From positions 101,883 through 165,882 of the forward strand of contig JBAZJK010000001.1 in assembly GCA_041651355.1 (NCBI GenBank): DNA of 64,000 bases. The letters run 5' to 3'. Origin of the DNA: Patescibacteria group bacterium. GTDB lineage: Bacteria; Patescibacteriota; Patescibacteriia; Patescibacteriales; UBA12465. Position numbers and translations under genes: made by a program. The notes beneath the pieces are model-generated. The model was not told the origin of the DNA and searched no databases. It saw nothing but the letters and a program-made list of their open reading frames with translations. Of the stretch, positions 33,755-43,971 are shown piece after piece. Position 1 is the stretch's first letter. The number at the start of each line of letters is the position of its first letter.

Positions 33755-35569
33755 TTACTTCTTTTCCTTTATCTCCGCTAGCAGCCTCTTGATAAATTCA
33801 GCCTTGTCTAAGCTCTCGGTTTCTTGCTGGCCGCGCGCTCTCACCTGGAGCTGGGGCGAAGCGACTTCCTGGTCTCCGATAACCAGCATATAAGGGTCTT
33901 TCTCCTGGCTAGCTTTCCTGATCTTATTACCCACTGTCTCGTTGTTGCGGTCGATTTCCACCCTGAGGCCATATTGTTTAAGCTCCGCCGCTAATTCTTG
34001 GCAGTAGCTGATATGGGTTTCGCCGACTGGTATCAGCTTGATCTGGGTCGGTGATAGCCACAGAGGGAAGGCGCCGGCATAGTGCTCGATTAATAAGCCG
34101 ATAAACCTTTCGAATGATCCGAAAAGGGCGCGGTGCAGCATATAAGGGGCTTCATCTTGCCCTTGGTTATTGGTGAATTGCATGTCAAAGCGTTCGGGCA
34201 GGTTGAAATCGAATTGCAGGGTTGAACATTGCCATTCGCGTCCCAGGGCGTCTTTTACCTTGAAGTCCAGCTTCGGCCCGTAGAAGACTGCGCCGCCGAT
34301 GTCTTTAGAATAATTTAATTTCTTGTCTTGGGCGACTTTTTCTAAGACTTGTTCCGTAAAAGACCAGCCGGCTTCGCTTCCTGCATATTTAGTGTTTTGG
34401 GGATCACGGACAGACAAGTAAACTTTGGCATCTTCTAGTTTGAAGCCGAAGGATTTATAAATAAAGAGGATGAAATCGACGACCCGTTTTAACTCTTCTT
34501 CTACCTGGTCGGCTCGACAGATGATATGGGCATCATCCTGGGTGAAGCCGCGTACCCTAGTCAGTCCGCTTAGTTCGCCTTTTTTTTCAAAGCGATATAC
34601 GGTGCCGCACTCCGCCCAACGCATCGGGAAATCCCGATATGAATGCAGGGAGTGTTTGTAGATCCTGACGTGGAAGGGACAATTCATGGGCTTGAGCAGA
34701 TAATTTTCTGATTCTTTAACCTTTTCCTGGTTTTGGTTATCGCTCAGGCTTTGGCCGACCTCCAGGGGCGGGAACATGCTGTCGTTATAGAAGCCCCAAT
34801 GTCCGGACGTCTCCCATAGGTTCTTATGGCCGATATGAGGAGTGCGGACTAATTGATAGCCGGCCTCTTCGTGAGCCTCATACCAGAAGTCTTCGATTAT
34901 CCGCCATAATTTAGCTCCTTTGGGGTGCCAGAGAGGCAAGCCCAAGCCGACCATTTCATCAATATGGAATAGGTCTAATTCCTTGCCTAAGCGCCGGTGG
35001 TCTCTTTTTTCTGCTTCTAAAAGCAGTCTTAAATATTCATCTAACTCTTCCTTGCTATCAAAAGCTAAGCCATAGATACGGGTTAGCATCTTATTTTTTT
35101 CATCTCCACGCCAGTAGGCACCGGCTAGCTTGTGTAGTTTAAAGCTGCCAGCCTTGATGTCTTTGGTGGAATCGACATGGGGACCGCGACACAGGTCTTC
35201 GAATTTGCCTAAAGCGTAGAAGCTGACGCTCTTTTCGCCCTGATCCTTCAGGTCGCTGATCAGCTCCCGTTTATAGATATCATCTTTGGGGGTATGGGTA
35301 AGGGCTTGGTCGATAGCCTCTTCTCGCCGGCTGAAAGCTAGATCCTGCTTAGCCAAGTGCTGCATTTTCTTTTCTATTGCCTTCAGCTCAGCTTCGCCTA
35401 TCTTGATATCACCAAAGTCGATGTCATAATAGAAGCCATTATCGATCGCTGGACCGATAGCTAATTTAGCTTCAGGGTAGAGCTCGCTGACCGCATAAGC
35501 TAGGATATGGGCTAGCGAATGCCGTTTGGTCATCAGGTCGAACTCCTGGTTTTTTTTGTCTTTACTCAT
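33755..35569 (-). CDS. thrS: threonine--tRNA ligase (no N-terminal TGS domain)
   Basis: It starts directly at the editing-domain HSLAHILAYAV...AIGPAIDNGFYYD. Class II core motifs and a C-terminal anticodon-binding domain are present. 604 aa. Confidence 0.95.
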   Translation of the reverse strand: MSKDKKNQEFDLMTKRHSLAHILAYAVSELYPEAKLAIGPAIDNGFYYDIDFGDIKIGEAELKAIEKKMQHLAKQDLAFSRREEAIDQALTHTPKDDIYKRELISDLKDQGEKSVSFYALGKFEDLCRGPHVDSTKDIKAGSFKLHKLAGAYWRGDEKNKMLTRIYGLAFDSKEELDEYLRLLLEAEKRDHRRLGKELDLFHIDEMVGLGLPLWHPKGAKLWRIIEDFWYEAHEEAGYQLVRTPHIGHKNLWETSGHWGFYNDSMFPPLEVGQSLSDNQNQEKVKESENYLLKPMNCPFHVRIYKHSLHSYRDFPMRWAECGTVYRFEKKGELSGLTRVRGFTQDDAHIICRADQVEEELKRVVDFILFIYKSFGFKLEDAKVYLSVRDPQNTKYAGSEAGWSFTEQVLEKVAQDKKLNYSKDIGGAVFYGPKLDFKVKDALGREWQCSTLQFDFNLPERFDMQFTNNQGQDEAPYMLHRALFGSFERFIGLLIEHYAGAFPLWLSPTQIKLIPVGETHISYCQELAAELKQYGLRVEIDRNNETVGNKIRKASQEKDPYMLVIGDQEVASPQLQVRARGQQETESLDKAEFIKRLLAEIKEKK

Positions 35570-35591
35570 ATGTTTGTTGTTTTATAGATTT

Positions 35592-35790
35592 AAAAAAATC
35601 TCGTTCTGGTAATTCAAATAAACTTTAAATTACTAGAACGAGATTCCCATCCCGCGGTTCCATCTAGTTTTTTAGCTGTTGAAGCTAAACGCTTGATTGA
35701 TTGTTCCTTAAATTGGGGCCTAGGCCTTAGCGAGCGCTAACTCAGCTTGGTGGGCTGAGCAATCTTTAAGTATTGTTATTATAGAGCTTT
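35592..35790 (-). promoter_or_regulatory. T-box leader (Thr) with terminator/antiterminator upstream of thrS
   Basis: On the minus strand there is a TATAAT -10 (35778-35783) and a T-box sequence AGATGGAACCGCGGGA (35651-35665). The antiterminator has helix A1 CTAGA/TCTAG, bulge TGGAACCG and helix A2 CGGGA/TCTCG. A competing 19-bp terminator hairpin plus T7 lies at 35592-35645. An ACC codon sits in a 7-nt loop CCACCAA (35749-35751). Confidence 0.6.
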
Positions 35791-35809
35791 ATTAGCCGGC
35801 TGTAAAGAC

Positions 35810-36574
35810 TTAGCCTTTGGCTAGGGCGAGACCCCAGACTTTAAGCGCTCCCGCTCTTTTTAAGGTTTTAGCGGCTTCTTCCAGGGTGGTGCCGGTCGTA
35901 GCAATGTCGTCGAGCAATAAGACTCCTAGTCCTGTCAGGCTTTTCCCCTTCCAGACGAAACTAGCTTCTAGATTGTCGAAGCGGCGGCTAGCCTGCAGAC
36001 TTGATTGGGCTGGCGTGTGGCGGATTTTTTTTAAAGCATCGCTATAATTAAGACCAGGCATGTCTTTAAGTAGGGCGGAGGCTATTAATTCGCTCTGATT
36101 ATAGCCGCGGTAGGCGCGGCGCTTAGCGCTGATTGGAATCGGGATCAAGAGAGGTTGGCTAGCGAGGAAATTTTTTAGAGGATTATGCCGTATAGCCCGG
36201 GGGATCACTTTTTCCAGGAATTCAGGCCAGTCTCCTTCGTTATGAGAAAGGGCAGCCACCAGGAAGGCGCCCAGCGGTTCAGCTAAAGATTTCAGCCCAG
36301 AAAATTTAAATTTTTTAATCAGCTCGGCGAGGAGTGGATCTTGATAATTACCTGCTATAAAAGCGCCGTCTAGAGCGTGATGTTTTTGGCAGTCTGGGCA
36401 GCTTTGGCCAGCCGGACTGGTCCTATTACAAAACAAGCAGCTTTGTCGGCCTAGGAAATTAAGCTTCATCAGGCAATCCTGACACAAGTAATGTTTAGCC
36501 CGGCCGCAGGCCAGGCATTCGATCGGAAACAGAAAGTCTAGGATCGAGCGGCGGATTTTAGATAATAAGTCCAT
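35810..36574 (-). CDS. comF: ComF-family protein (double zinc ribbon plus phosphoribosyltransferase domain)
   Basis: N-terminal CLACG...CQDC and CLFC..CPDC, plus the PRTase motif VLLLDDIATTGTTL. Confidence 0.8.
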   Translation of the reverse strand: MDLLSKIRRSILDFLFPIECLACGRAKHYLCQDCLMKLNFLGRQSCLFCNRTSPAGQSCPDCQKHHALDGAFIAGNYQDPLLAELIKKFKFSGLKSLAEPLGAFLVAALSHNEGDWPEFLEKVIPRAIRHNPLKNFLASQPLLIPIPISAKRRAYRGYNQSELIASALLKDMPGLNYSDALKKIRHTPAQSSLQASRRFDNLEASFVWKGKSLTGLGVLLLDDIATTGTTLEEAAKTLKRAGALKVWGLALAKG

Positions 36575-36653
36575 AAAATAAAAAGCCCGGTCATTATAGC
36601 ACCCGGGCTTTTAGAGGAAGTAAAAGTAATGATGAATTTTATCTAAAACGATC

Positions 36654-37892
36654 TTAAGGCAGGTCGATCTTATATAATTTTTGGCTTTGTTTGTCGGTAA
36701 AGTAGAGGTTTTTCTGATTGTTTGAGACCATTATTTGGGAGATGTTATATGAAGATTCGGGCACGGCGATCAATTTCTTTTGTCCGGTTTTGAGGTCGAT
36801 TACATAGAGATCGTCTTTAGTGCTATCAGCTAACTCTGGAAATAAGCCCGCACCTTGGGGTAGATTTTCTGGAACAGCGCAGTAAACCTTGTCATTGCCG
36901 GCAAAGGTGCATTTATTCGCCCAAGTATTAAGTCCGAGGTCGGTACGGCCGGAGCCGATAGCTTCGCCCTGGGCATTAACCAGCCACAAGCTTGGGTTCA
37001 TGTCGTCGCGGCTGCTGTAAACGCTGTAGAGGAGCCGATCACCCTGGGGCGACCAGCTTGATTTGAAACCACGACCTTCAATGATGGTCGATTTGAAATT
37101 TTCTCCGTTTAAGCCGACGAAAAATACTTCTTGACGATCGAAATCCAGACCACGAGTGAACATAGCGACACTTTGGCCGTTAGGGGACCAGGAAGGATAT
37201 ACTTTATCGGCGTTATTGCCGATTTCTTCGAGGGCCTGAGCCTTGGTCCCATCGCTGTCTGAAATTACCAAAAAGCGATTTTCTACATCTAGACCGAGAC
37301 TTTTGGAACTGAGACGCTGGCTATCGGGTGAAAAAGAGAAATCTTGCCAGTGCTTAGGTATCGTGACCTGCCTTTTTTGGTCGAAATCATAAAAGATTTT
37401 GGAATTATCAGGGTATTCTAGGATGGCTTTATTCTTATCAGGTGCCCAGGTGACTTTCTGGACATTGTGGAAGACTTTATCGCTGATGGCGACGGCCCGT
37501 CCCTGGCTATCGATGCGATAGAATTTACCGTCGTTCGGGTTGTAATATTGGACGGCTTGGCCGTCGCTCGCCAGGGTGGGAGCTAGGGTTGGGCTATCAT
37601 TTAGCGCCCTGGTTTTGGTTAATCCGCCGACCGCGATATTATCTAAACCCTCGTTTGTCGGTATATTAGCCCCAGGCTGCAGGGAGCCGCCGGAGCCAGG
37701 AGTGATGACATTAGTATCGCCTTCACCCGCGACCGGAAAGTTTCCTGGGCTAGTAGTTGCAGTTTGGTTGATAGCTAACTGGGGAGCCCTGGAGCTAAAA
37801 AAAGTCCGCCACAGCAGCCAGGCTAAGAAGATAACCAGGCCCAAAAAAAACAGAATCAGGAAAAGTTTTTTGAAGCGGGCGAAAAAATTCAT
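36654..37892 (-). CDS. TolB-like beta-propeller (PD40/WD40-like repeats) protein, membrane anchored
   Basis: N-terminal TM helix and repeated SWSPNGQSVAM / SWSPQGDRLLY / FSPDSQRL motifs. Confidence 0.7.
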   Translation of the reverse strand: MNFFARFKKLFLILFFLGLVIFLAWLLWRTFFSSRAPQLAINQTATTSPGNFPVAGEGDTNVITPGSGGSLQPGANIPTNEGLDNIAVGGLTKTRALNDSPTLAPTLASDGQAVQYYNPNDGKFYRIDSQGRAVAISDKVFHNVQKVTWAPDKNKAILEYPDNSKIFYDFDQKRQVTIPKHWQDFSFSPDSQRLSSKSLGLDVENRFLVISDSDGTKAQALEEIGNNADKVYPSWSPNGQSVAMFTRGLDFDRQEVFFVGLNGENFKSTIIEGRGFKSSWSPQGDRLLYSVYSSRDDMNPSLWLVNAQGEAIGSGRTDLGLNTWANKCTFAGNDKVYCAVPENLPQGAGLFPELADSTKDDLYVIDLKTGQKKLIAVPESSYNISQIMVSNNQKNLYFTDKQSQKLYKIDLP

Positions 37893-38028
37893 AGAAGATT
37901 TTTTTATTTTTTATTCCTATGCTATAATTAGGTCAGGATTGTTGTTTATTAGGAAGCCTTATAGTATAATTATTATATAATATAAAAAGCGATCTGACAA
38001 TTTTATTCAATTAGTCTTCTTTTAGTAT

Positions 38029-39078
38029 ATGGGCTTATTTTCTGGAGCTAAGGACAATTTTTTTCTCGGCATCGATATCGGGGATTCTTCGATTAAGATG
38101 GTTGAATTAAGGCGCAAGGGCAAGAAGATATTTTTAAATAACTACGCCTTTTCAGAAAACATTGGGGATGTGAAGTTTACTCGGATTGATGATGTCGATT
38201 ACCTGGCGAGCGCTATTACCAAGATTCGGGAGAAAGCCGGGATTACCAGCCATCGAGCCGTGGCCTCTTTGCCGACCTTTTCCGTCTTTTCCTCGATTAT
38301 CAATCTGTCGGGGGTAGAGAAGAAGAATCTGGCCTCGGCCGTAGTTGAAGAAGCGAAAAAAGTAATCCCTCTGCCTTTAGAGGATATGATTTTGGATTGG
38401 AAGATAATTCCCGAAGAAAGCGGCCAAGGAGACAAAAAGAACGTGCGGGTGTTTCTCACCGGTTCGCCTAAGAAATTGGTAAAGAAATATGTCGATATCT
38501 TTAAGAAAGCCAAATTGGAATTAGTCAGTATTGAAACCGAAACCTTTTCGGTCGTCCGTTCACTTTTAGGCAGCGACAAGACTCCGGTCATGATCGTAGA
38601 AATCGGAGCTAACAGCACCGACCTGTCCATCGTTAGGGAGAGTATCCCGATCTTGAATCGGAGCTTGGAAGTTTCCGGCAATACCATCACCGAGCTCCTG
38701 AGCCAGAATCTAGGCATGAGTTTCGCTCAGGCCGAGCAATTTAAATTCGACCTCAGTTTTTCTTTAAATGATGATAGCCGTGAAGCTCTGCCCCAACTGA
38801 TCTTGCAGAGCTTGCAACCGATAGTTAATGAGATGGAATATATGCTAGATTTTTTTCAATCTCAGAATTCCGGTCGGGTAGAGAAGATTATCCTATCGGG
38901 CGGCGGGTCTCTGCTTCTTAATCTAGCCGATTTCTTCGCCCAGAAACTTAATACTAAGGTAATCATCGGTGATCCCTGGAACCGCGTCAGCTATCCGGCC
39001 GATCTGAAGCCAGTCGTCTTGGAAATCGGACCGAAACTAGCTGTGGCCATCGGCTTGGCCCTCAGGGAAATAGAATAG
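38029..39078 (+). CDS. pilM: type IV pilus assembly protein PilM (actin-like ATPase fold)
   Basis: LGIDIGDSSIKMVEL N-terminus and the C-terminal ILSGGGSLL motif. 349 aa. Confidence 0.85.
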   Translation: MGLFSGAKDNFFLGIDIGDSSIKMVELRRKGKKIFLNNYAFSENIGDVKFTRIDDVDYLASAITKIREKAGITSHRAVASLPTFSVFSSIINLSGVEKKNLASAVVEEAKKVIPLPLEDMILDWKIIPEESGQGDKKNVRVFLTGSPKKLVKKYVDIFKKAKLELVSIETETFSVVRSLLGSDKTPVMIVEIGANSTDLSIVRESIPILNRSLEVSGNTITELLSQNLGMSFAQAEQFKFDLSFSLNDDSREALPQLILQSLQPIVNEMEYMLDFFQSQNSGRVEKIILSGGGSLLLNLADFFAQKLNTKVIIGDPWNRVSYPADLKPVVLEIGPKLAVAIGLALREIE

Positions 39079-39101
39079 TTAAGGGTAAATTTATATAAAA
39101 C

Positions 39102-39773
39102 ATGTTTAGCTTCAAGAAAGCTACTAGCAAAATTGACCTCTTGAAAGGTAATCCGGCCAGTTATGCCCATAAGACTGGCAATGTCTGGGAAAATCCTAAG
39201 GTTTTAGAGGTTAATTTGATCAAAGAAAGCGCTAATGTCGAATTTGATTGGAAGCGCAATTTTTCGCGTTTAGGCATATCTGCTCTCATCGCTCTCTTTT
39301 TTATTGTCGAGATATATTTCAGCTTAAGCTGGTGGGAAAAGGAGGAGAATAAAAGGGCTGATGCTTTAGCCGCTGATTTGCAGCAAGTTAATCAGGATAT
39401 AAAACTAGTCAAAACCCAAGCCGATGAATTCTTGACTTTCAAAGACAAACTGACCGCCTTGAAGCCTCTCTTAGACAACCATATCTATTGGACGAATTTC
39501 TTCAGCTGGCTCGAGCGGCATACCTTGAACTCGGTTACTTTCGGAGGCTTTTCCGGCAATACCAGCGGTGTCTATTCTTTGCAGGCAGAAACCAAAAACT
39601 TCAGTGATATCAGCTATCAAGTCAAGGCTTTTTTAGATGCGCCCGAAACCCTGGAAGCCGAGGTCTTGAGCGGACAATCCAGCCAGAGCAAGGATAAAGA
39701 CGGCCGGGTAAAGTCTGGAGCAGTTACTTTTGGCATCGATTTCAAAATCAAGCCGGAAATATTCAAAAAATAA
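39102..39773 (+). CDS. pilN: PilN-like pilus assembly protein
   Basis: Bitopic, with a TM helix at about residues 55-78, a coiled-coil and then an alpha/beta domain. It lies between pilM and the pilO-like gene. Confidence 0.6.
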   Translation: MFSFKKATSKIDLLKGNPASYAHKTGNVWENPKVLEVNLIKESANVEFDWKRNFSRLGISALIALFFIVEIYFSLSWWEKEENKRADALAADLQQVNQDIKLVKTQADEFLTFKDKLTALKPLLDNHIYWTNFFSWLERHTLNSVTFGGFSGNTSGVYSLQAETKNFSDISYQVKAFLDAPETLEAEVLSGQSSQSKDKDGRVKSGAVTFGIDFKIKPEIFKK

Positions 39774-39775
39774 TT

Positions 39776-40399
39776 ATGCGTACTGAGGTTACAAAAACCA
39801 GTCCCTTGATGCAAGTCGTGAACGAACATTTCGACTCTTTATTGATAATGCTTATCATCGTCGTTTTTGTGGCTTCCTATTTTCTCCTGATCAAGCCTAA
39901 GTATGATAATACTATAATCGCTATCAAGGATAATATCAGCCAGCAGGAGAAGCTCTATAGCGAGCAGAAAAGCCGCTTGGAGAGTTTAAAGACCGCGGCG
40001 GCTCTTTATGAGGATATTAAAGATAAGCAATTAGGCGATGTCCGCAAGGTTAACGCCGTCTTGCCGAACGAATACGTGAAAGAGCGCTTATTCGGGGAAA
40101 TGGAAGAAATAATCAATAAGAGCGGTTTTATGCTGGCCTCGGTTAATATCAGCAGTGAAGTAGCGGCGAAAGACGCTGGCCCTGGTAGCAGTCCAGCCAG
40201 CCAGGTTTTACCTAAAGGTGTGGGGCGGCTGTCAGTTTCTGTTTCTATCGGAGCCATCGATTACGCCGGTCTTAAGAATCTGCTCTTCACTTTAGAGAAT
40301 AATAATCGCTTATTGGACGTAGAGAATGTTTCTTTTGATCTGGGAGCCAAGACCGCCAACCTGGAAATGTATACCTATTATTTCAAGCCTAGTCTATGA
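39776..40399 (+). CDS. pilO: PilO-like pilus assembly protein
   Basis: Bitopic protein with a coiled-coil. Assigned from its position after pilN and a 4-nt overlap with the next ORF. Confidence 0.55.
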   Translation: MRTEVTKTSPLMQVVNEHFDSLLIMLIIVVFVASYFLLIKPKYDNTIIAIKDNISQQEKLYSEQKSRLESLKTAAALYEDIKDKQLGDVRKVNAVLPNEYVKERLFGEMEEIINKSGFMLASVNISSEVAAKDAGPGSSPASQVLPKGVGRLSVSVSIGAIDYAGLKNLLFTLENNNRLLDVENVSFDLGAKTANLEMYTYYFKPSL

Positions 40400-40821
40400 A
40401 CCAGCGCAAGCCGATAATCTTATACATCTTTTTAGGCCTGATAATCTTAGGCGGCGTTTTGTTGTTTTTCTTGCGTTCCTGGGCCTTCGATCTGATTAGC
40501 AATAGCAGCCTGCGGGGATTAAACGATATTTTAAATACCCCGGTCCGGACGAACGCTCAACAGGCTCTTGATCTAAGCTTGTTGCAAGATAAGCGTTTTA
40601 TGAATTTGAAGAACCAAGTGGTTAATTTTGATTATGATAATTTCGGCCAGGTAGGAAGCGCTAATGACGTTATCGTTACCGATTTGGAACAGCCTAGGCC
40701 TGAAGAAATAGCCAGCACGACCGCCGGGGAAGAGGTCGCTTCCAGTTCTAAGCCTGCTCAGACGGTTAAGATCAGGGTCGACATCGGCAATAATAATCTA
40801 TTCTTGAAAAAAACTAAGTAA
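40396..40821 (+). CDS. bitopic hypothetical protein in the pilus operon
   Basis: 141 aa with an N-terminal TM helix, translationally coupled to the pilO-like gene. Confidence 0.5.
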   Translation: MNQRKPIILYIFLGLIILGGVLLFFLRSWAFDLISNSSLRGLNDILNTPVRTNAQQALDLSLLQDKRFMNLKNQVVNFDYDNFGQVGSANDVIVTDLEQPRPEEIASTTAGEEVASSSKPAQTVKIRVDIGNNNLFLKKTK

Positions 40822-40828
40822 AAATGAC

Positions 40829-42583
40829 ATGGACAAGAGGGAACAGCTCTTAAATTTATTAGTCCAGAAACAGATAATTAATCTGATCCAAGCCGGAGAT
40901 ATCATGAAAAGCGTCCAGGCCAACAAGAAGGACCTGGCTGATTTTTTAATAGAAGAGAAGATAATAGATGAAGAGCAATTGACCCAGGTGAAAGCGGAAA
41001 TGTATAATCTCCCTTATTTTTTAGTCCAAGACGAATCTATCCCAGAAGGCATCCTTAATTTTTTACCGGAAGAAATCGCTAGGAATTATAACATCATCTG
41101 TTTAGCTAAGGATAAGAAGCTAGTTAAGATCGGCTTGGTCGATCCCGATCCTCGGGCCATGGAAGCCGTCAACTTCCTAGCTAGCGATGAAAAGCTGAAG
41201 GTGGAATACTGCCTGATTTCCCGGACCAGCTGGGATAAGGTTTTTAAGCAATATCAGAAGATAGAAGAAGAAATTTCTTCCGCTTTGGAACTTAAGGCTA
41301 AGGAAGAAGGGGATGAATTAGTCCAAGTCAAGACCGAGTCTGAGAGTTTGGGTGACGATGATATTAACAGTGCGCCGGTTTCCCGTATCGTTTCTGTGGT
41401 TATCCGCCATGCTGTCGAGGCTCGGGCGAGCGATATCCACATTGAACCTTTCGGGAACGAAAGCCGCGTCCGCTATCGTATCGACGGTATTTTGCATACC
41501 TCCTTAACTCTGCCCAAGAGCATCCATAACGCTATTATCGCTCGCGTCAAGGTTTTGGCTAAATTGAAATTAGATGAAACCCGGGTGCCTCAGGATGGCC
41601 GCATCCGGCTGCTGATTAATAATCGGGAAATCGATTTTCGTATTTCTACCCTGCCTTTAGCCAGCCAAGAAAAAGTGGTGATGAGAATCTTGGATACGGT
41701 GAAGGGCGCTCCAACCTTGGAAGATTTGGGTTTTAATAAGATCGCCTTAAATTCGATTCTAGAGGGAATCAAAAAAACCAATGGCATTTTCCTGGTTACT
41801 GGTCCGACCGGTTCAGGTAAGACTACTACTTTATACGCCCTCATGAATATCTTGAATAAGGAAGGGGTAAATATCTCCACCTTGGAAGACCCAGTCGAAT
41901 ACGAACTTAAAGGCGTTAACCAGTCCCAAATCAGGCCTAAGATAGGTTTCAGTTTTGCTAATGGCTTGCGCTCTCTTTTGCGCCAAGATCCCAATATCAT
42001 CATGGTGGGAGAAATCCGCGATGAAGAGACCGCCGAATTATCTATTCACGCTTCTTTAACTGGTCACTTAGTCTTATCCACCTTGCATACCAATGATGCT
42101 ATCGGTTCTATCTTCCGTCTATTAGATATGAAAATCGAGCACTTCCTATTGGCTTCCACCTTAAAGACCGTCGTCGCCCAACGTCTAGCTCGCCGCCTCT
42201 GTCCGAATTGCCGCCAGGCTTTCAAGCCTGAAGCCGAGATGTTGGATATCATTATTAAAGAATTTGGCGATTTACCGGAAAATCTAATTAAAGCTGAATA
42301 TCCAGAATTCACTACCTTGGATGCTCTGCGGAACGTTTCTTTCTATAAGGAGGTCGGTTGCAGTCATTGTGAAAACACGGGCTTTTCTGGTAGAATTGCG
42401 ATTGCCGAAGTTATCGCTATTAATGAAACTTTGAAAGAGATGATTAATAATAATGATAAGAATCTTAATATTGGGGCGGTTAAGAAGAGTCAGGATTTTA
42501 TTTCTATCAAACAGGATGGATTCTTTAAAGTTATTCAAGGAGTCACCACTATGGCTGAGGTCTTAAGAGTAATCGAGAGTTAA
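40829..42583 (+). CDS. pilB: type IV pilus assembly ATPase PilB (GspE family)
   Basis: GSPII_E N-terminal domain, Walker A GPTGSGKTT, Asp/His boxes and a tetracysteine CPNC...CSHC. Confidence 0.92.
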   Translation: MDKREQLLNLLVQKQIINLIQAGDIMKSVQANKKDLADFLIEEKIIDEEQLTQVKAEMYNLPYFLVQDESIPEGILNFLPEEIARNYNIICLAKDKKLVKIGLVDPDPRAMEAVNFLASDEKLKVEYCLISRTSWDKVFKQYQKIEEEISSALELKAKEEGDELVQVKTESESLGDDDINSAPVSRIVSVVIRHAVEARASDIHIEPFGNESRVRYRIDGILHTSLTLPKSIHNAIIARVKVLAKLKLDETRVPQDGRIRLLINNREIDFRISTLPLASQEKVVMRILDTVKGAPTLEDLGFNKIALNSILEGIKKTNGIFLVTGPTGSGKTTTLYALMNILNKEGVNISTLEDPVEYELKGVNQSQIRPKIGFSFANGLRSLLRQDPNIIMVGEIRDEETAELSIHASLTGHLVLSTLHTNDAIGSIFRLLDMKIEHFLLASTLKTVVAQRLARRLCPNCRQAFKPEAEMLDIIIKEFGDLPENLIKAEYPEFTTLDALRNVSFYKEVGCSHCENTGFSGRIAIAEVIAINETLKEMINNNDKNLNIGAVKKSQDFISIKQDGFFKVIQGVTTMAEVLRVIES

Positions 42584-42603
42584 TTTAGCTTAGTTTTCAT
42601 CAT

Positions 42604-43809
42604 ATGCCAATCTATCAATATAAAGCTGAAGCCAAGAACGGAAAAATCCGGACAGGCAAGATTGTTGGTCTCAACGAGAAAGAGGTCGAATTTAAACTAC
42701 GTAAACAGGAGCTAAACTTAATCAGCTTGATCGAAGCTAGCCAGTCGCCCATGGTAAAGTTGTCTCTGCTAATCCAGAGGGTGAAGCCTAAGGATTTAGT
42801 TATTTTTTCTCGGCAATTTTCCGTGATGATCAGCGCTAATATGCCGGTCGTAGAATCGCTAATGATCTTAGTGGACCAGACTAATAATTTCCCTTTGAAG
42901 AGCATTATCGCCGACATCGCTCTTGATGTTGATAGCGGCTCGCTCTTATCTGATGCTTTTGCTAAGCGGCCGAAGATCTTTTCTGAATTCTTCGTCAATA
43001 TTATCAAATCTGGAGAAACTTCAGGTAAATTAGATGAAGTCTTGAATTATTTGGCCGATGAGATGGAAAAGAACTATGATATGGTTTCCAAGATCAGGGG
43101 CGCCATGATTTATCCGCTTTTTATTATCTGCGGTTTGATCGGAGTCGGCATCATCTTGATGATTTATGTTATTCCTAACCTAACCGCGATTCTGACTGAA
43201 ACTGATATTGCTTTGCCCTGGTCAACGCGGGCGGTCATCGGTTTGTCTAATTTTTTGCGTCATTTCTCTTGGCTGGTTGTCCTCATCGTCGCCGGTTTTA
43301 TATTTTTGATGCGTTTGTATCTGAAGACTACCGGTGGTCGTCGGAATTTTGATCTTTTAAAAATCAAGCTGCCGATTTTTGGCAAGCTGTTCAAGTATAT
43401 TTATCTGATGCGCTTCACCCGCTCGCTCAGCACCTTGCTCAAAGGCGGCGTAACGATTACTAAGAGTTTGGAGATTACGGCTGATGTCGTCCGAAATGAG
43501 ATCTATCGGGAACTCATCATGCAGACTTTGCAATCGATCAAAGACGGTAACCCCTTGGCCACCGTCTTCGATTCCAGCGATTATGTACCGAAGATGGTGC
43601 CACAGATGATTTCGGTCGGTGAACGCAGCGGTAAGATGGAAGTAGTCTTGGATAAGATTTCTGATTTCTATACGCGCGAATCCACTAATATGTTAAATAG
43701 CTTGAGCACGATCATGGAGCCCTTGATCATGGTGATTATGGGTATCGGTGTGGCCATCATGGTCGCGGCCGTCTTGTTGCCGATGTATAATCTCGGACAA
43801 CAGTTCTAA
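42604..43809 (+). CDS. pilC: type IV pilus platform protein PilC (GspF family)
   Basis: 401 aa with two T2SSF repeats and 3 TM segments. Confidence 0.9.
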   Translation: MPIYQYKAEAKNGKIRTGKIVGLNEKEVEFKLRKQELNLISLIEASQSPMVKLSLLIQRVKPKDLVIFSRQFSVMISANMPVVESLMILVDQTNNFPLKSIIADIALDVDSGSLLSDAFAKRPKIFSEFFVNIIKSGETSGKLDEVLNYLADEMEKNYDMVSKIRGAMIYPLFIICGLIGVGIILMIYVIPNLTAILTETDIALPWSTRAVIGLSNFLRHFSWLVVLIVAGFIFLMRLYLKTTGGRRNFDLLKIKLPIFGKLFKYIYLMRFTRSLSTLLKGGVTITKSLEITADVVRNEIYRELIMQTLQSIKDGNPLATVFDSSDYVPKMVPQMISVGERSGKMEVVLDKISDFYTRESTNMLNSLSTIMEPLIMVIMGIGVAIMVAAVLLPMYNLGQQF

Positions 43810-43851
43810 TTTTCTGGTTTTTCTTGTGTTGTGGATAAAATTGTTGTATAA

Positions 43852-43886
43852 TTAGATTAGCCAAATTTAGATTAGCCAAATTAGAT
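43852..43886 (+). repeat. 15-nt tandem repeat (about 2.4 copies) upstream of the first pilin gene
   Basis: TTAGATTAGCCAAAT twice, followed by a partial TTAGAT, about 90 nt upstream of ATG 43972. Confidence 0.6.
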
Positions 43887-43971
43887 ATAATTAAAATATT
43901 TAAAAATTTATTATTAATCTTTCTTTTTTGTTAATTGTTAAATAATAAGAAAGAATTTCGTTTAAATTAAT

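Noticed and set aside
43852-43886. Tandem 15-nt repeats upstream of the pilin genes, considered as a possible CRISPR or mini-array.
   Set aside because: There are only about 2.4 copies with no spacers and no cas genes. It is treated as a possible regulatory repeat instead. No CRISPR array was seen anywhere in the window.
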